From: Octopus vulgaris
Lineage: Eukaryota
DNA length: 64,000 bases
Assembly: GCA_951406725.2 (NCBI GenBank)
Contig: OX597840.1
Coordinates: 35,650,001 to 35,714,000 of the forward strand
Direction: 5' to 3'
Shown here: in pieces, positions 11,756-25,492 of the stretch
Numbering within the stretch: the first letter of the stretch is position 1
Layout of the letters: each line of letters starts with the position of its first letter
Notes under the pieces: generated by a model
Told to the model about the DNA's origin: nothing
Databases searched by the model: none
What the model saw: the letters and a program-made list of their open reading frames with translations, nothing else
Made by a program: the position numbers and the translations under genes

Positions 11756-12897
11756 ATGATGGTGATGATAATGATGATGATGGTAATGATGATGATGATG
11801 GTGATGATGGTGGTAGTGATGATGGTGATGATGATGATGATGATGGTGGTGGTGATGATGATGGTGATGATGGTGGTAGTGATGATGGTGATGATGATGA
11901 TGGTGATGATGGTGGTAGTGATGATGGTGATGATGATGATGATGATGGTGGTGGTGATGATGATGGTGATGATGGTGGTAGTGATGATGGTGATGATGAT
12001 GATGATGATGGTGATGATGGTGTGATGATGATGATGGTGATGATGGTGGTATGATGATGATGATGATGATGATGATGATGGTGATGATGATGGTGATGAT
12101 AATGATGATGATGGTAATGATGATGATGATGGTGATGATGGTGGTAGTGATGATGGTGATGATAATGATGATGATGGTGGTGGTGATGATGATGGTGATG
12201 ATGGTGGTAGTGATGATGGTGATGATAATGATGATGATGGTGGTGGTGATGATGATGGTGATGATGGTGGTAGTGATGATGGTGATGATAATGATGATGA
12301 TGGTAATGATGATGATGATGGTGATGATGGTGGTAGTGATGATGGTGATGATAATGATGATGATGGTAATGATGATGATGATGGTGATGATGGTGGTAGT
12401 GATGATGGTGATGATAATGATGATGATGGTAATGATGATGATGATGATGATGATGGTGGTAGTGATGATGGTGATGATAATGATGATGATGGTGGTGGTG
12501 ATGATGATGGTGATGATGACGATGGTGGTGGTAGTGGTGGTGGCGCTGATGTCCTTATGATGATAATGATGGTAATGATGATGCTGATGATGCAGATGAT
12601 GATGATGGTGATGGTGGTGGTGTTAGTGGTGGTGGTGACGATGATTATGCTGACTGCGGAGATGGCGATAATGGTGATAGTGATGATGGGTGGGGTGGGG
12701 TGGGGTGGGAATAACAATGGAGATGAAGATGATGACAGCGAGAACGACGACAGTGATGACGATGCTGACACTGACAATAATGACAACGTTGATGATGAAT
12801 GATGATGATGGCTATGATGATGATGGCTATGTTGATGATGATGACGATGATGGTGATGATGATGATGATGGTTAAGATGATGATGATGATGATGGCT

Positions 12898-12934
<37 letters not shown>

Positions 12935-13250
12935 CGATGATGATGATGACGATGATGGTGATGATGATGATGATGGTTAAGATGATGATGATGATGATGG
13001 CTATGATGATGATGATGATGATGATGACGATGACGATGATGTTGATGATGATGACGATGACGGATGGCAATGATGATTGATGATGATGATGATAATGATT
13101 GATGATGAATGATGATTATGATGATTGATGATGATGATTGATCTTGATGACGATGATGATGACAACGACGATGACGATGCTGCTGCTGATGATGATGATG
13201 ACGACGATGACGATGATGATGATGAATGATGATGATGATGACAATGATAA
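11110..13250. repeat. ~2.1-kb compound (GAT/GGT)n trinucleotide array with higher-order units
   Basis: Continuous gat/ggt triplets with the recurring marker gatgatggtggtagtgatgatggtgat roughly every 45-65 bp. Confidence 0.95.
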
Positions 13251-13629
13251 TTCAAAGTTTCAAGAAATACAAGGAACATGGCAATTAACGGACAAAATAT
13301 TCCCAGTTTTATTTTTTTTTCTTCATTTAAACCAAATTCAAAATCACTTCTTTCTTTAATCCTTTTTTTCTTTTATCTTTTCACTTGTTTCAGTCATTGA
13401 ACCATGGCCATGCTGGGGCACTGCCTTGAAGAATTTTTAGTTGACTGAATCGACCCCAGTATTTATTTATTTCATGTTTTTTGAAGCCTGGTATTTATTC
13501 TATTGGTCTTTCTTGCTGAACTGCTAAGTTATGAGGGACATAAACACACCAACACTGGTTGTCAAGTGGTGGTGGGAGACAAACACAGAAACAAAGATAC
13601 ATGCACACACACACACACACACACACACA

Positions 13630-14212
13630 CGTCCGTTTTCCATGCTAGCATGGGTTGGACGGTTCGACTGGGGTCTGGGAAGCCAGGAGGCTGCACCAGG
13701 CTCCAGTCTGATCTGGCAATGTTTCTACAGCTGGATGCCCTTCCTAACGCCAACCACTCCGTGAGTGTAGTGGGTGCTTTTTATGTGCCACCGGCACAGA
13801 AGCCAGTCAAGGCGGCACTGGCATTGACCACGTTCAGATGGTGCTTCTTACGTGCCACCGGTACAGAAGCCAGTCAAGGCGGCGCTGGCATCGGCCATGT
13901 TCAGATGGTGCTTTTTACGTGCCACCGGCACAGGTATCACAACTACTATTTCCATTGATGTTTATTTCAATGTTCATGTACTTGACTCTATAGGTCTCCT
14001 CAAGCACAGCAGGTTGTTCTGAAATCCAAGGCACTTTGAATGAGCAGGGGCTATGTGGAACTGGTGCAGGAAGCAGCCCGGGTTTTTGCAGTCACAGCAT
14101 ATCTCCAGAGATCTCGGTCCTTCGTCATTGCCTCTGTGAGGCCCAACGCTCTGAGGTCATGCTTGACTACCTCATCCCATGTCTTCCTGGGTCTACCTCT
14201 CCCCCTGATACC

Positions 14213-14213
<1 letters not shown>
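13630..14213 (-). mobile_element. 5'-truncated RTE LINE (ORF C-terminus plus 3' UTR)
   Basis: Minus-strand GIRGRGRPRKTWDEVVKHDLRALGLTEAMTKDRDLWR is the conserved RTE C-terminal GRP..W...D.....DR..WR motif, followed by the repeat-containing 3' UTR. Confidence 0.9.
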
Positions 14214-14257
<44 letters not shown>

Positions 14258-14645
14258 GTTAGACAAAAAAAGTCCTCCATAGAGAACACGGTCCCTGTTT
14301 CCACAGCAGACGACACACACACACTGCATTACAAACACATCCCGCACACCCACCTTCCCATTCCATGACTACCATTGGGATCGATCAGGTACCGGACAAG
14401 GATTCTGGATTATTATTCCGGTTTTTTAACTTAATTTTTTTAGAGTGGTTGGGTTAATTTTCAGTATTCTCGTTTGTGAGAGCAATCGAGTTTATTTCAG
14501 ATATTCTCATCTTTAAAAATCATCTCTGGCTGATTGAAAACTTTTGAGGAAAAAAAGTTGGGACTGAGCAGGCACAATTGAGTATGGATAACATACACAC
14601 ACACACACATATATATACACACATGCATATAAGAAAGGGATGATC

Positions 14646-14725
14646 ACTAAGTGGACATCCAATATGCTAGAAATAGATCACCTACGTAGGTGATCTATTT
14701 CTAGCATATTGGATGTCCACTTAGT
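14646..14725. repeat. Perfect 80-bp palindrome with no spacer
   Basis: actaagtggacatccaatatgctagaaatagatcacctac|gtaggtgatctatttctagcatattggatgtccacttagt. Imperfect pairing extends to 14635-14736. Confidence 0.95.
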
Positions 14726-14870
14726 TGTCATTCCTTATTATACGCATGTATTACAATTTTTCTGAATTTTCAGATTTTTGTATATAGTAGGCCACTGGTT
14801 TTAAATTGACGTTAATTAAATTGATATTCAATTTATCACCCTCATTATTTAAATTTTATATATATATATA

Positions 14871-15270
14871 GGCGCAGGAGTGGCTGTGTGGTAAGTAGCT
14901 TGCTTACCAACCACATAGTTCCGGGTTCAGTCCCACTGTGTGGCATCTTGGGCAAGTGTCTTCTGCTATAGCCCCGGGCCGACCAATGCCTTGTGAGTGG
15001 ATTTGGTAGACGGAAACTGAAAGAAGCCTGTCGTATATATGTATATATATATATGTATGTGTTTGTCCCCCTAGCATTGCTTGACAACTGATGCTGGTGT
15101 GTTTACATCCCCGTCACTTAACGGTTCGGCAAAAGAGACCGATAGAATAAGTACTGGACTTACAAAGAATAAGTCCCGGGGTCGATTTGCTCGACTAAAA
15201 GGTGGTGCTCCAGCATGGCTGCAGTCAAATGACTGAAACAAGTAAAAGAGAAAAGGGAGTAAAAGAGATA
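14871..15270 (+). mobile_element. SINE family A, full length
   Basis: ggcgcaggagtggctgtgtggtaag (A-box-like)...ggttcagtccc (B-box-like)...cttgggcaagtgtcttc...gactgaaacaagtaaaagag. Confidence 0.9.
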
Positions 15271-15299
15271 CATATATATATATATTTATTTATTTATTA

Positions 15300-16687
15300 G
15301 TGACTTAAGACTCGAGGCCAGAAGGATGCCAAAAAGCAGACCAATCTGGAAAAGAAGGACTTGGAAGCTTAGAAACCTTTCACATGGTCAGAGATTTAGG
15401 GATGTCCTTACTGAGAAATTTGATGATAGGGAGGAGGAGCTACAATCATATGACATAGAAGGCAGCTGGGAATTCCTGCAAGACAGCTTGCTGGGTGCCA
15501 CAGACCAAATCTGTGGCTGGTGCAAAGTCCCTTCCACATCTAGGGTAACATGGTGGTGGAACAATACTGTGGACAGGGTCATTAGAGCAAAGAAACAGGC
15601 CTGGAATGCCTGGAAGAGTGGGGGTAGCAGGAGAATGTGTCAGGTAGCCAAAAGGGAAGCTAAGAGACAGGTATATATAGCCAAGGGAGTAACAGAAAAG
15701 AAGTTTGCCAATGTCCAGCAATGTGAGGACCAAAGAACTGAAGTATTTCGGATTGCTAGACAGTGTGTGAGAGAAAACCGTGATGGCATTGGAGAGAAAG
15801 GTGTCCGCATGGATGATGGTGCCATTGCGTTTAATGATTCTGCAAAGAAAGAGGCTTGGAGAAGCCATTATGAAAGAATGCTGGATGTGGAGAATGAATG
15901 GGAGGAGGAGAGTCTGCCAAAGGGACCAGCTATTCAAATCTACAGTATCCAGGTAGATAAAGCAATTAAGGATATGAAGACAGGGAAAGCATCTGGCCTG
16001 TCAAGAATCACTGCTGGGGTGTTTAAAATATCGGGCGGTGTGGGTTATGGTCTTGTCACCCGCATCATAAATCAGGTAGTTCATGAAGGAGTCATACCCA
16101 GTAATTGGTGTAGCAGCACCATAGTCAACTGCTACAAAGGTAAAGGTGATGCTCTAGATAGAAATAACTACAGGGGTATCAAATTATTGGATCAGGTGAT
16201 GAAAGTTACAGAGAGGGTCATAGTCCAACTAATTAGGGAGAAGATTAGCCTTGATGAGATGCAGTCGGTTTTGTGTCAGGCAAAAGCACCACTGATGTAT
16301 ATTTCTGGTAAGGCAACTGTAGGAGAAATACCTTGCCAAAGATAAACCTTTGTACTTGACTTTTGTTGACTTGGAGAAAGCCTTTGACAGGGTCCCACAC
16401 CCTCCGAACGTGGTCAATGCCAGGTCCACCTGATTGGTTTTTGTGCCGGTGGCACATAAAAAGCACCAACTGATCGTGAGCGATGCCAGTACCCACTGAT
16501 TGTCTCCTGTGCCGGTGGAACATAAAAGTGTTCATTGCCAGGCCCGCCTTACTGGCTCCTGCCAGAGGCATGTAATAGCAGCCACTACAGATTGGAGCCT
16601 GGTGCAGCTGCTGGCTCTCCAGACTGCAGTCAAACCGTCCAACCCATGCCAGCATGGAAAGTGGATGTTAATCGATGAAGATGATGA
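15300..16687 (+). mobile_element. RTE LINE, 5'-truncated and internally deleted
   Basis: The ORF fragment is fused at about 16396 directly to the RTE 3' UTR, which ends ...ccatgccagcatggaaagtggatgttaatcgatgaagatgatgat. Confidence 0.85.
15326..16396 (+). pseudogene. RTE-clade ORF fragment (EN-RT linker and N-terminal RT domain)
   Basis: Contains TWWWN, MKTGKASG, WCSSTIVNCYKGKGDALDRNNYRGIKLL and, after frameshifts, EKYLAKDKPLYLTFVDLEKAFDRVP (RT motif). It breaks off before the YADD region. Confidence 0.9.
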
Positions 16688-16699
16688 TATATATATATA

Positions 16700-17473
16700 T
16701 CATCATCATCGTTTAACGTCCGTTTTCCGTGCTAGCATGGGCTGGACAGTTCGAACGGGGTCTGGGAAGCCAGGGGATGCACTAGGCTCCAATCTGGTCT
16801 GGCAGAGTTTCTACAGCTGGATGACCTTCCTAATGCCAACCACTCTGTGAGTGTAGTGGGTGCTTTTTACGTGCCAGGGGTGTCTGGCATCGGCAACGAT
16901 CGGTTGGTGCTTTTAACGTGCCACCGGCACAGAAGCCAGTCAAGGCGGTGCTGGCATCGGCCACGTTCGGATGGTGCTTTTTATGTTCCACCGGCACAAA
17001 AGCCAGTCGAGGCAGCACTGGCATCAGCCACGTTCGGATGGTGCTTTTTATGTGCTACCGGCACAGAAGACAGTCAGGGCGACACTGGCATCGGCCACGT
17101 TCGGATGGTGGTTTTTACGTGCCACCGGCACAGGTATCACAACTACTATTTCGATTGATATTTATTTCGATGTTCATGTACTTGACTCAACAGGTCTCCT
17201 CAAGCACAGCGTGATGTTCTGGAATCCAAGGTACTTTGAATGGGCAGGGGCTATGCGGAACTGGTGCAGGAAGCAGCCCGGGTCTTTGCAGTCACAGCAT
17301 ATCTCCAGAGATCTTGGTCCTTCGTCATTGCCTCTGTGAGGCTCAACGCTCTGAGGTCATGCTTGACTACCTCATTCCATGTCTTCCTGGGTCTACCTAA
17401 CCCCCTGATACCTTCAACTGTTTGGGAGCGGCACTTCTTCACACATCTTTCCTCATTCATCTGCAGTACATGA

Positions 17474-17476
<3 letters not shown>
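16700..17476 (-). mobile_element. 5'-truncated RTE LINE, tail-to-tail with the previous copy
   Basis: Minus ORF 17251-17460 reads MNEERCVKKCRSQTVEGIRGLGRPRKTWNEVVKHDL...DQDLWR, followed by the 3' UTR and a (CAT)n tail. Confidence 0.9.
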
Positions 17477-17525
<49 letters not shown>

Positions 17526-17574
17526 GTATGTGTATATATATACATATATATATAACAGAGATGCAGCATGAAGT

Positions 17575-17625
17575 TTTGTCAGTGAACAGGTCGCGGTCTC
17601 AAAGCGACGAAAATATTTTGACAAA
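17575..17625 (+). ncRNA. Type-I hammerhead-like fold with G3-C8 core covariation
   Basis: UUUGUCA-GUGAACA-G-GUCGC-GGUCUCAAA-GCGAC-GAAA-AUAUUU-UGACAAA: 7-bp stem I, 5-bp stem II and palindromic stem III (AAUAUU). It sits in a ~210-bp island (17553-17766) within (TA)n. Confidence 0.6.
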
Positions 17626-17791
17626 TTACATTTAGATGTTGCAGTGAATTTAACGGTTTTTGTGTGTTTCTTAAATGGCTTATAAACACCTTCCACGCTG
17701 CAATTGTTTTCGTTCCAGCACACGATCTCAAATCAGGTCACTTGCTATGCAAGTACATCTCCGTAATATATATGTATATATGTATTTATAT

Positions 17792-17824
<33 letters not shown>

Positions 17825-17866
17825 CATACATGCATACTTTATTAATGAAGCTGGAAAGACATCATA

Positions 17867-17912
17867 AAAACTGTTTCTCAGAGTTTCACGTTCCCGTTCG
17901 TTGGACAGTTTT
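17867..17912 (-). ncRNA. Degenerate type-I hammerhead
   Basis: Minus strand reads AAAACUGU-CCAACGA-ACG-GGAA-CGU-GAAA-CUC-U-GAG-AA-ACAGUUUU. All three stems pair; G5>A and U16.1>A would probably inactivate it. Confidence 0.5.
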
Positions 17913-17936
17913 GGATGAGAATGGAACAAAATATGG

Positions 17937-17975
<39 letters not shown>

Positions 17976-18274
17976 TATATATATAAGCTCAACGGATACT
18001 GCGGAATTCCTGACATAGATCCAGTGACAGCTATATGACAACCGTGGATGACACCAGGTAACCTAAACCGTGTAAGTGCTTTGATCGGCATACTATTTGA
18101 CATATGCCCAAAGTCCAAATAATTATACACACACACACATCAATTCGTTTTGCAAGATTCCTGATGTGAAATCGTGTATTGAAACAGGTATTGTTGTATT
18201 TCGGGACGGTCATATTTTTTGCCTAATAAACACATGCACCATATACTTTTAACTTCACTCTTATTAATGTTATT

Positions 18275-18691
18275 GGATCTTTTCGGTTTGAACGGCAGTT
18301 TTTTCTAGCGGTGTCATATGAAATTGTCACCCATAATTATGACCCTAGTATCGATCTATTGCATTTCAATCTCTTTTAGGGTTAGGGTTAGGGGAGGGGG
18401 GGAAGAGTATCTTTTTTTCTTCAGAAATGTAAATAAACCCAATCTGTTTCTTAAACGAGGGACATATTCATACGGCACAGAATGTTTTCACCTCAATGGA
18501 CGTCATTGATTGGTTGAAATTGCAGAAATTGAAGAAAAAAACAACAAATATCTTACAACCTATAGAATTTTCTCAATAAAGCCAAGAGAAAAAGATGTTT
18601 TATAAACACATTCTACCAGTATACGAAGTATAAAATTTTTTAGTTACCTAGAAATTATGTTAAAAAATTGCCGGTCAAACCGAAAAGATCC
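18275..18691. mobile_element. ~417-bp non-autonomous TIR element with internal (TTAGGG)n
   Basis: TIRs ggatcttttcggtttgaacggcagtttttt and aaaaaattgccggtcaaaccgaaaagatcc; ttagggttagggttagg at about 18376-18392. Confidence 0.8.
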
Positions 18692-18807
18692 CAGGTATTG
18701 TTGTATTTCGGGACGGTCATATTTTTTGCCAAATAAACACACGCACTGTATATTTTTTACTTCACTCTCATTGCTGTTCTTATTTTATTATTGTAACTCA
18801 TGTTGAT

Positions 18808-18852
18808 TGTCGGGAAATCTTTTGTCACACGTCTGTGACCTCTTCAGCGACA
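18808..18852 (-). ncRNA. Degenerate type-I hammerhead at end of host element (~18140-18852)
   Basis: Minus strand reads UGUCG-CUGAAGA-G-GUCACA-GACG-UGUGAC-AAAA-GAUUUCC-CGACA. G12>A is consistent with CpG decay, and the cleavage region is irregular. Confidence 0.5.
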
Positions 18853-19055
18853 CACACACACACACATATATATATACATATATCCAAATATATAATACAT
18901 ACATATATAAACATACGCACAATTATATATAGATATTATATGTATACATATGTATGTATTTATCAAAGAACAAAAAGGAAAATAAAATATAAAAAAGGGG
19001 AAAGTTCTCGATGTATAATAGTTTTTCACACAGTCACGCTGTCACGTAGAGAGAT

Positions 19056-19125
<70 letters not shown>

Positions 19126-19731
19126 CCGCACGCACATGCGAAAGAAAGCAATTATGTGGCGAAACACGAAGAGAAATAACGACCAAGTCTCCCTCAGATT
19201 TCGAAATTGTGTCTTGAAGAAGAACACGTTTAATTATGTGGTCGGGAATACTAGAGGCCGCGAGAAAAAAACACGGGATGGTCACGTTTGGAATGTCGTT
19301 GATCAAAAGACAGCGCAATCAAAGCCGACTTGAAGGCCTAACGACACCAATAATTACACACACACACACTTAGATATATATACACGCATATATATATATA
19401 GCATGCTAACACTGAACATCTAGTCTCTCTCTCTCTCTCTCTCCCCACACACATTTGCAGACAGTAGACACATACCAACGGAGAATTATACACACATGAC
19501 AACAGACTCATACAGAGAGTAATATACGTAGACACACATGTACAGTTACACACACACACACACATATATAAAGAGAGAAAGAGAGAGAGAGAGACGGTGG
19601 TATGTGTCTATACTTCGTTTTACTATGTGTATATATAGACACATACCAGTCACACAAACGTTGACATCCATACACACACACACATATATATACATATATA
19701 TATATATATAGAGAGATTGACAGTATACAAC

Positions 19732-19768
<37 letters not shown>

Positions 19769-19917
19769 TATATATACAAACGAACATACACACACACGCA
19801 CACATGATACATACATATTCTTATATAAAGAGAAGCATGTATATATACACAACGGTATGTCGAGCACAGATACAAGCAGACTGACACACATGTATACACA
19901 TAACGGTAGTCACATAG

Positions 19918-19956
<39 letters not shown>

Positions 19957-20158
19957 CAAGCACAATGTCACTCACACATACATACATATATACACACACA
20001 TTGATTGTGATATAAACACACATCAAGCATACAAGACATCGACAGTTATATACACATAATTACGCACATGCAAGCACACAGCCAGATACACAAACGTACA
20101 CACGTATACACATACACACATGTAAGGCAGTCACACAAACAGCTATATGGACACACGG

Positions 20159-20190
<32 letters not shown>

Positions 20191-20559
20191 TTATATATCA
20201 ACACGCAACACAGATACATATAGACACGCATCGTTTTAGAGTGAAAAGCCATATAATTAACCCTCCTCGTCTCTCCTCTGTCTTCCTGCCTTCCTCTCAT
20301 ACATCCAGACTAGAGAAATATTCATGAATATGTAGATATATATATTATATATACACACAGACATGTTGGTATATATATATATATATATTAGCACATGCAC
20401 GCATATAGTGCGCGCGAGTGCGTGCGTGAGTGAAGGAGTGAGTGTGAGCGAAGGGAATGTGGAACGGGGAAGGTAGATGGAGTAAAGCGAGCGTTGAGAG
20501 CAGGCTGGCTGTTAGAATTGATATTATGTGAAGGCTAAAATATGGTTTCAAAACAGATA

Positions 20560-23455
<2,896 letters not shown>

Positions 23456-23459
23456 CTTT

Positions 23460-23770
23460 GACATACACTCATACTCAGCTCGAGTGAGTAAGCGGATGAG
23501 TGGAGGAGTGTAAGTTCAAGTGAGAATCAGGCCTGGGTGACATTTGAGGCAGTCGCTAGCTTTCTGTTCACATCTGACACAAAAAAAAGAAAGAAAGATT
23601 CATATTCTTTTCACAGGGTTTTTTTTTTGGATGACCAGCGGATATTAACTTTGAGATCAGTTTTTTTCCCCTTAATTTTTGCCCCCCTAATAATAATAAT
23701 TATATATATATCCAGATAAAGATATCAATTATAGACCATCATTTAATTTCTTTCTCTCTCACAGGTAAGA
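23460..23770 (+). promoter_or_regulatory. Candidate TSS region / non-coding first exon ending at CAG|GTAAGA (23764/23765)
   Basis: Unique sequence right after the GA-rich tract, ending at a near-consensus 5' splice site and followed by about 5 kb of SINE-free DNA. The start is not determinable, and the site also reads as a 3' splice site. Confidence 0.45.
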
Positions 23771-25460
23771 CAATTTCTTTCTTTTACAAAACTACTAAAA
23801 ATTATAATTATATATAAAAAAAATATATATATTTTTATATATATGTGTTAATTAAATATTTAAAAGCTAATTAATTAATTTTCCATTAATTTAAAACTGT
23901 ATATATACTTCTTAAACACAAATATTTGCATATATATAATGTTAATTGGTTTTTGCAAGCACTTGCTGTTTTCACTAATTGCTTTTTGATATGAATTTGT
24001 ATGTATGAAGATGTCCCCTAATTTTCTATTTTTTCAGCTTCTTTTGTGTTCAACCCCTCCCCTAATGCTTTTACTACTATATTATAGTGTATATATATTA
24101 TATATATATCTATTATATCTATATCTATATATATATATATACTAGAGATAGCTATATAATTCTGTGAATCTGTGTGTATATTTATATATATATGTAAATG
24201 CATATATGAACATATAAACGCATGTCTCTGCATATTTGTGTATACATATGTGTATATGCATAATGCATGTATGTATATGCGTGTATTTAAAGCATATATC
24301 TATGTAACTGTATATAATATGTGTGTGTATATAGTATTTTATATTTCTCGGCTCTTTTTGATTTTCATGGATTTCTCTGGATAAAACAAAATAATTAAAT
24401 GCAATTATTTATTCTCTGAGCGGATAAAATGTATATTTATGCATGTCGTCTAATCTCTCTTTTCTGCTGTTTCTATGTGTGTGTATATAAGTATATACAA
24501 GTGTATATATGCACATGATACATATATATATATATGATGTATATACACTAAGATGTAGATGAAATGAACGGAAGGGAAGGATGTCTTGTATCTTGTTATA
24601 TATACCCCCTTGTTCTAAGAACATGACCAGAGAAAAATATATCTTTGTCAGCTTCTGAATAGTGTATACATGTATGTATATGCTGGAGCATATATGTGTA
24701 TAGGATTGTATATATATGTCCTGTAAGCCTGGGGTGTGCATTACTGCTAAAACTACACTGGGGCCCTGAAAATTCTTGGATGTAGTGTGTGTGTGTATGT
24801 ATATATATATATATATATGTATATATATGATGATGTACACGACATATGTATGTTTGTACAGGGTGTGTATATGTAGGGTGTATAACATTATGTACAGGGC
24901 GTGTATGCTGTATATACATGCTGCATGCAGTAAGTATATTAGGGAGCGAAACCCGATATCTAAAACATTATTGTGTTAACAGAAAAAGAACTGGTTTCGA
25001 AGGAATTCTTCAAGACCCCACCCTAGAAGGGACAAATTCCAAGTACGGGAGGAATTTCAATATGTCTGTCATCAGTGCCCCCCCCCCCACACCTTCCACT
25101 CTACTAATACTCCTTTTTTTTAATATTTTTTTTTTATTCCATTCATTGTTATAATTACTTTGAAAAGAAATAAAAGATTCTCCACAATTCTGGGAGAGAT
25201 GACAATTTTTAAAAAAGTAATAATAATGGATATCGGTTCATGTTTTATGATTCATTTCGTTGCTACTCCGAGTTACTCGCTGTGTATGGTCCTCTTGGTG
25301 ATGACAAAAGGAAGAAAAAGAAAAAAAAATGACATTTGTCGCCTGAAGAACCACGACATAGCGAAACTCCGAGTTGCAGCTGAATGAATCATTAACTTGA
25401 CTGCATGTTCAGAATACTCCTTCTCTTGCTGAACTTTTTAAACTTATGTGACTACATATA

Positions 25461-25492
<32 letters not shown>

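Noticed and set aside
10633-13359. Long ORFs (717-aa poly-Ser/His/Ile and poly-Met/Val)
   Set aside because: They are translations of the GAT/GGT array, open simply because the repeat lacks stops, and they have no domain content.
18158-18195. ctgatgt...gaaacaggta hammerhead-like string
   Set aside because: A9 is absent and there is no convincing stem I or stem II.
18376-18395. Telomeric TTAGGG repeats
   Set aside because: Only about three units, internal to a TIR element; this is not a telomere or fusion site.
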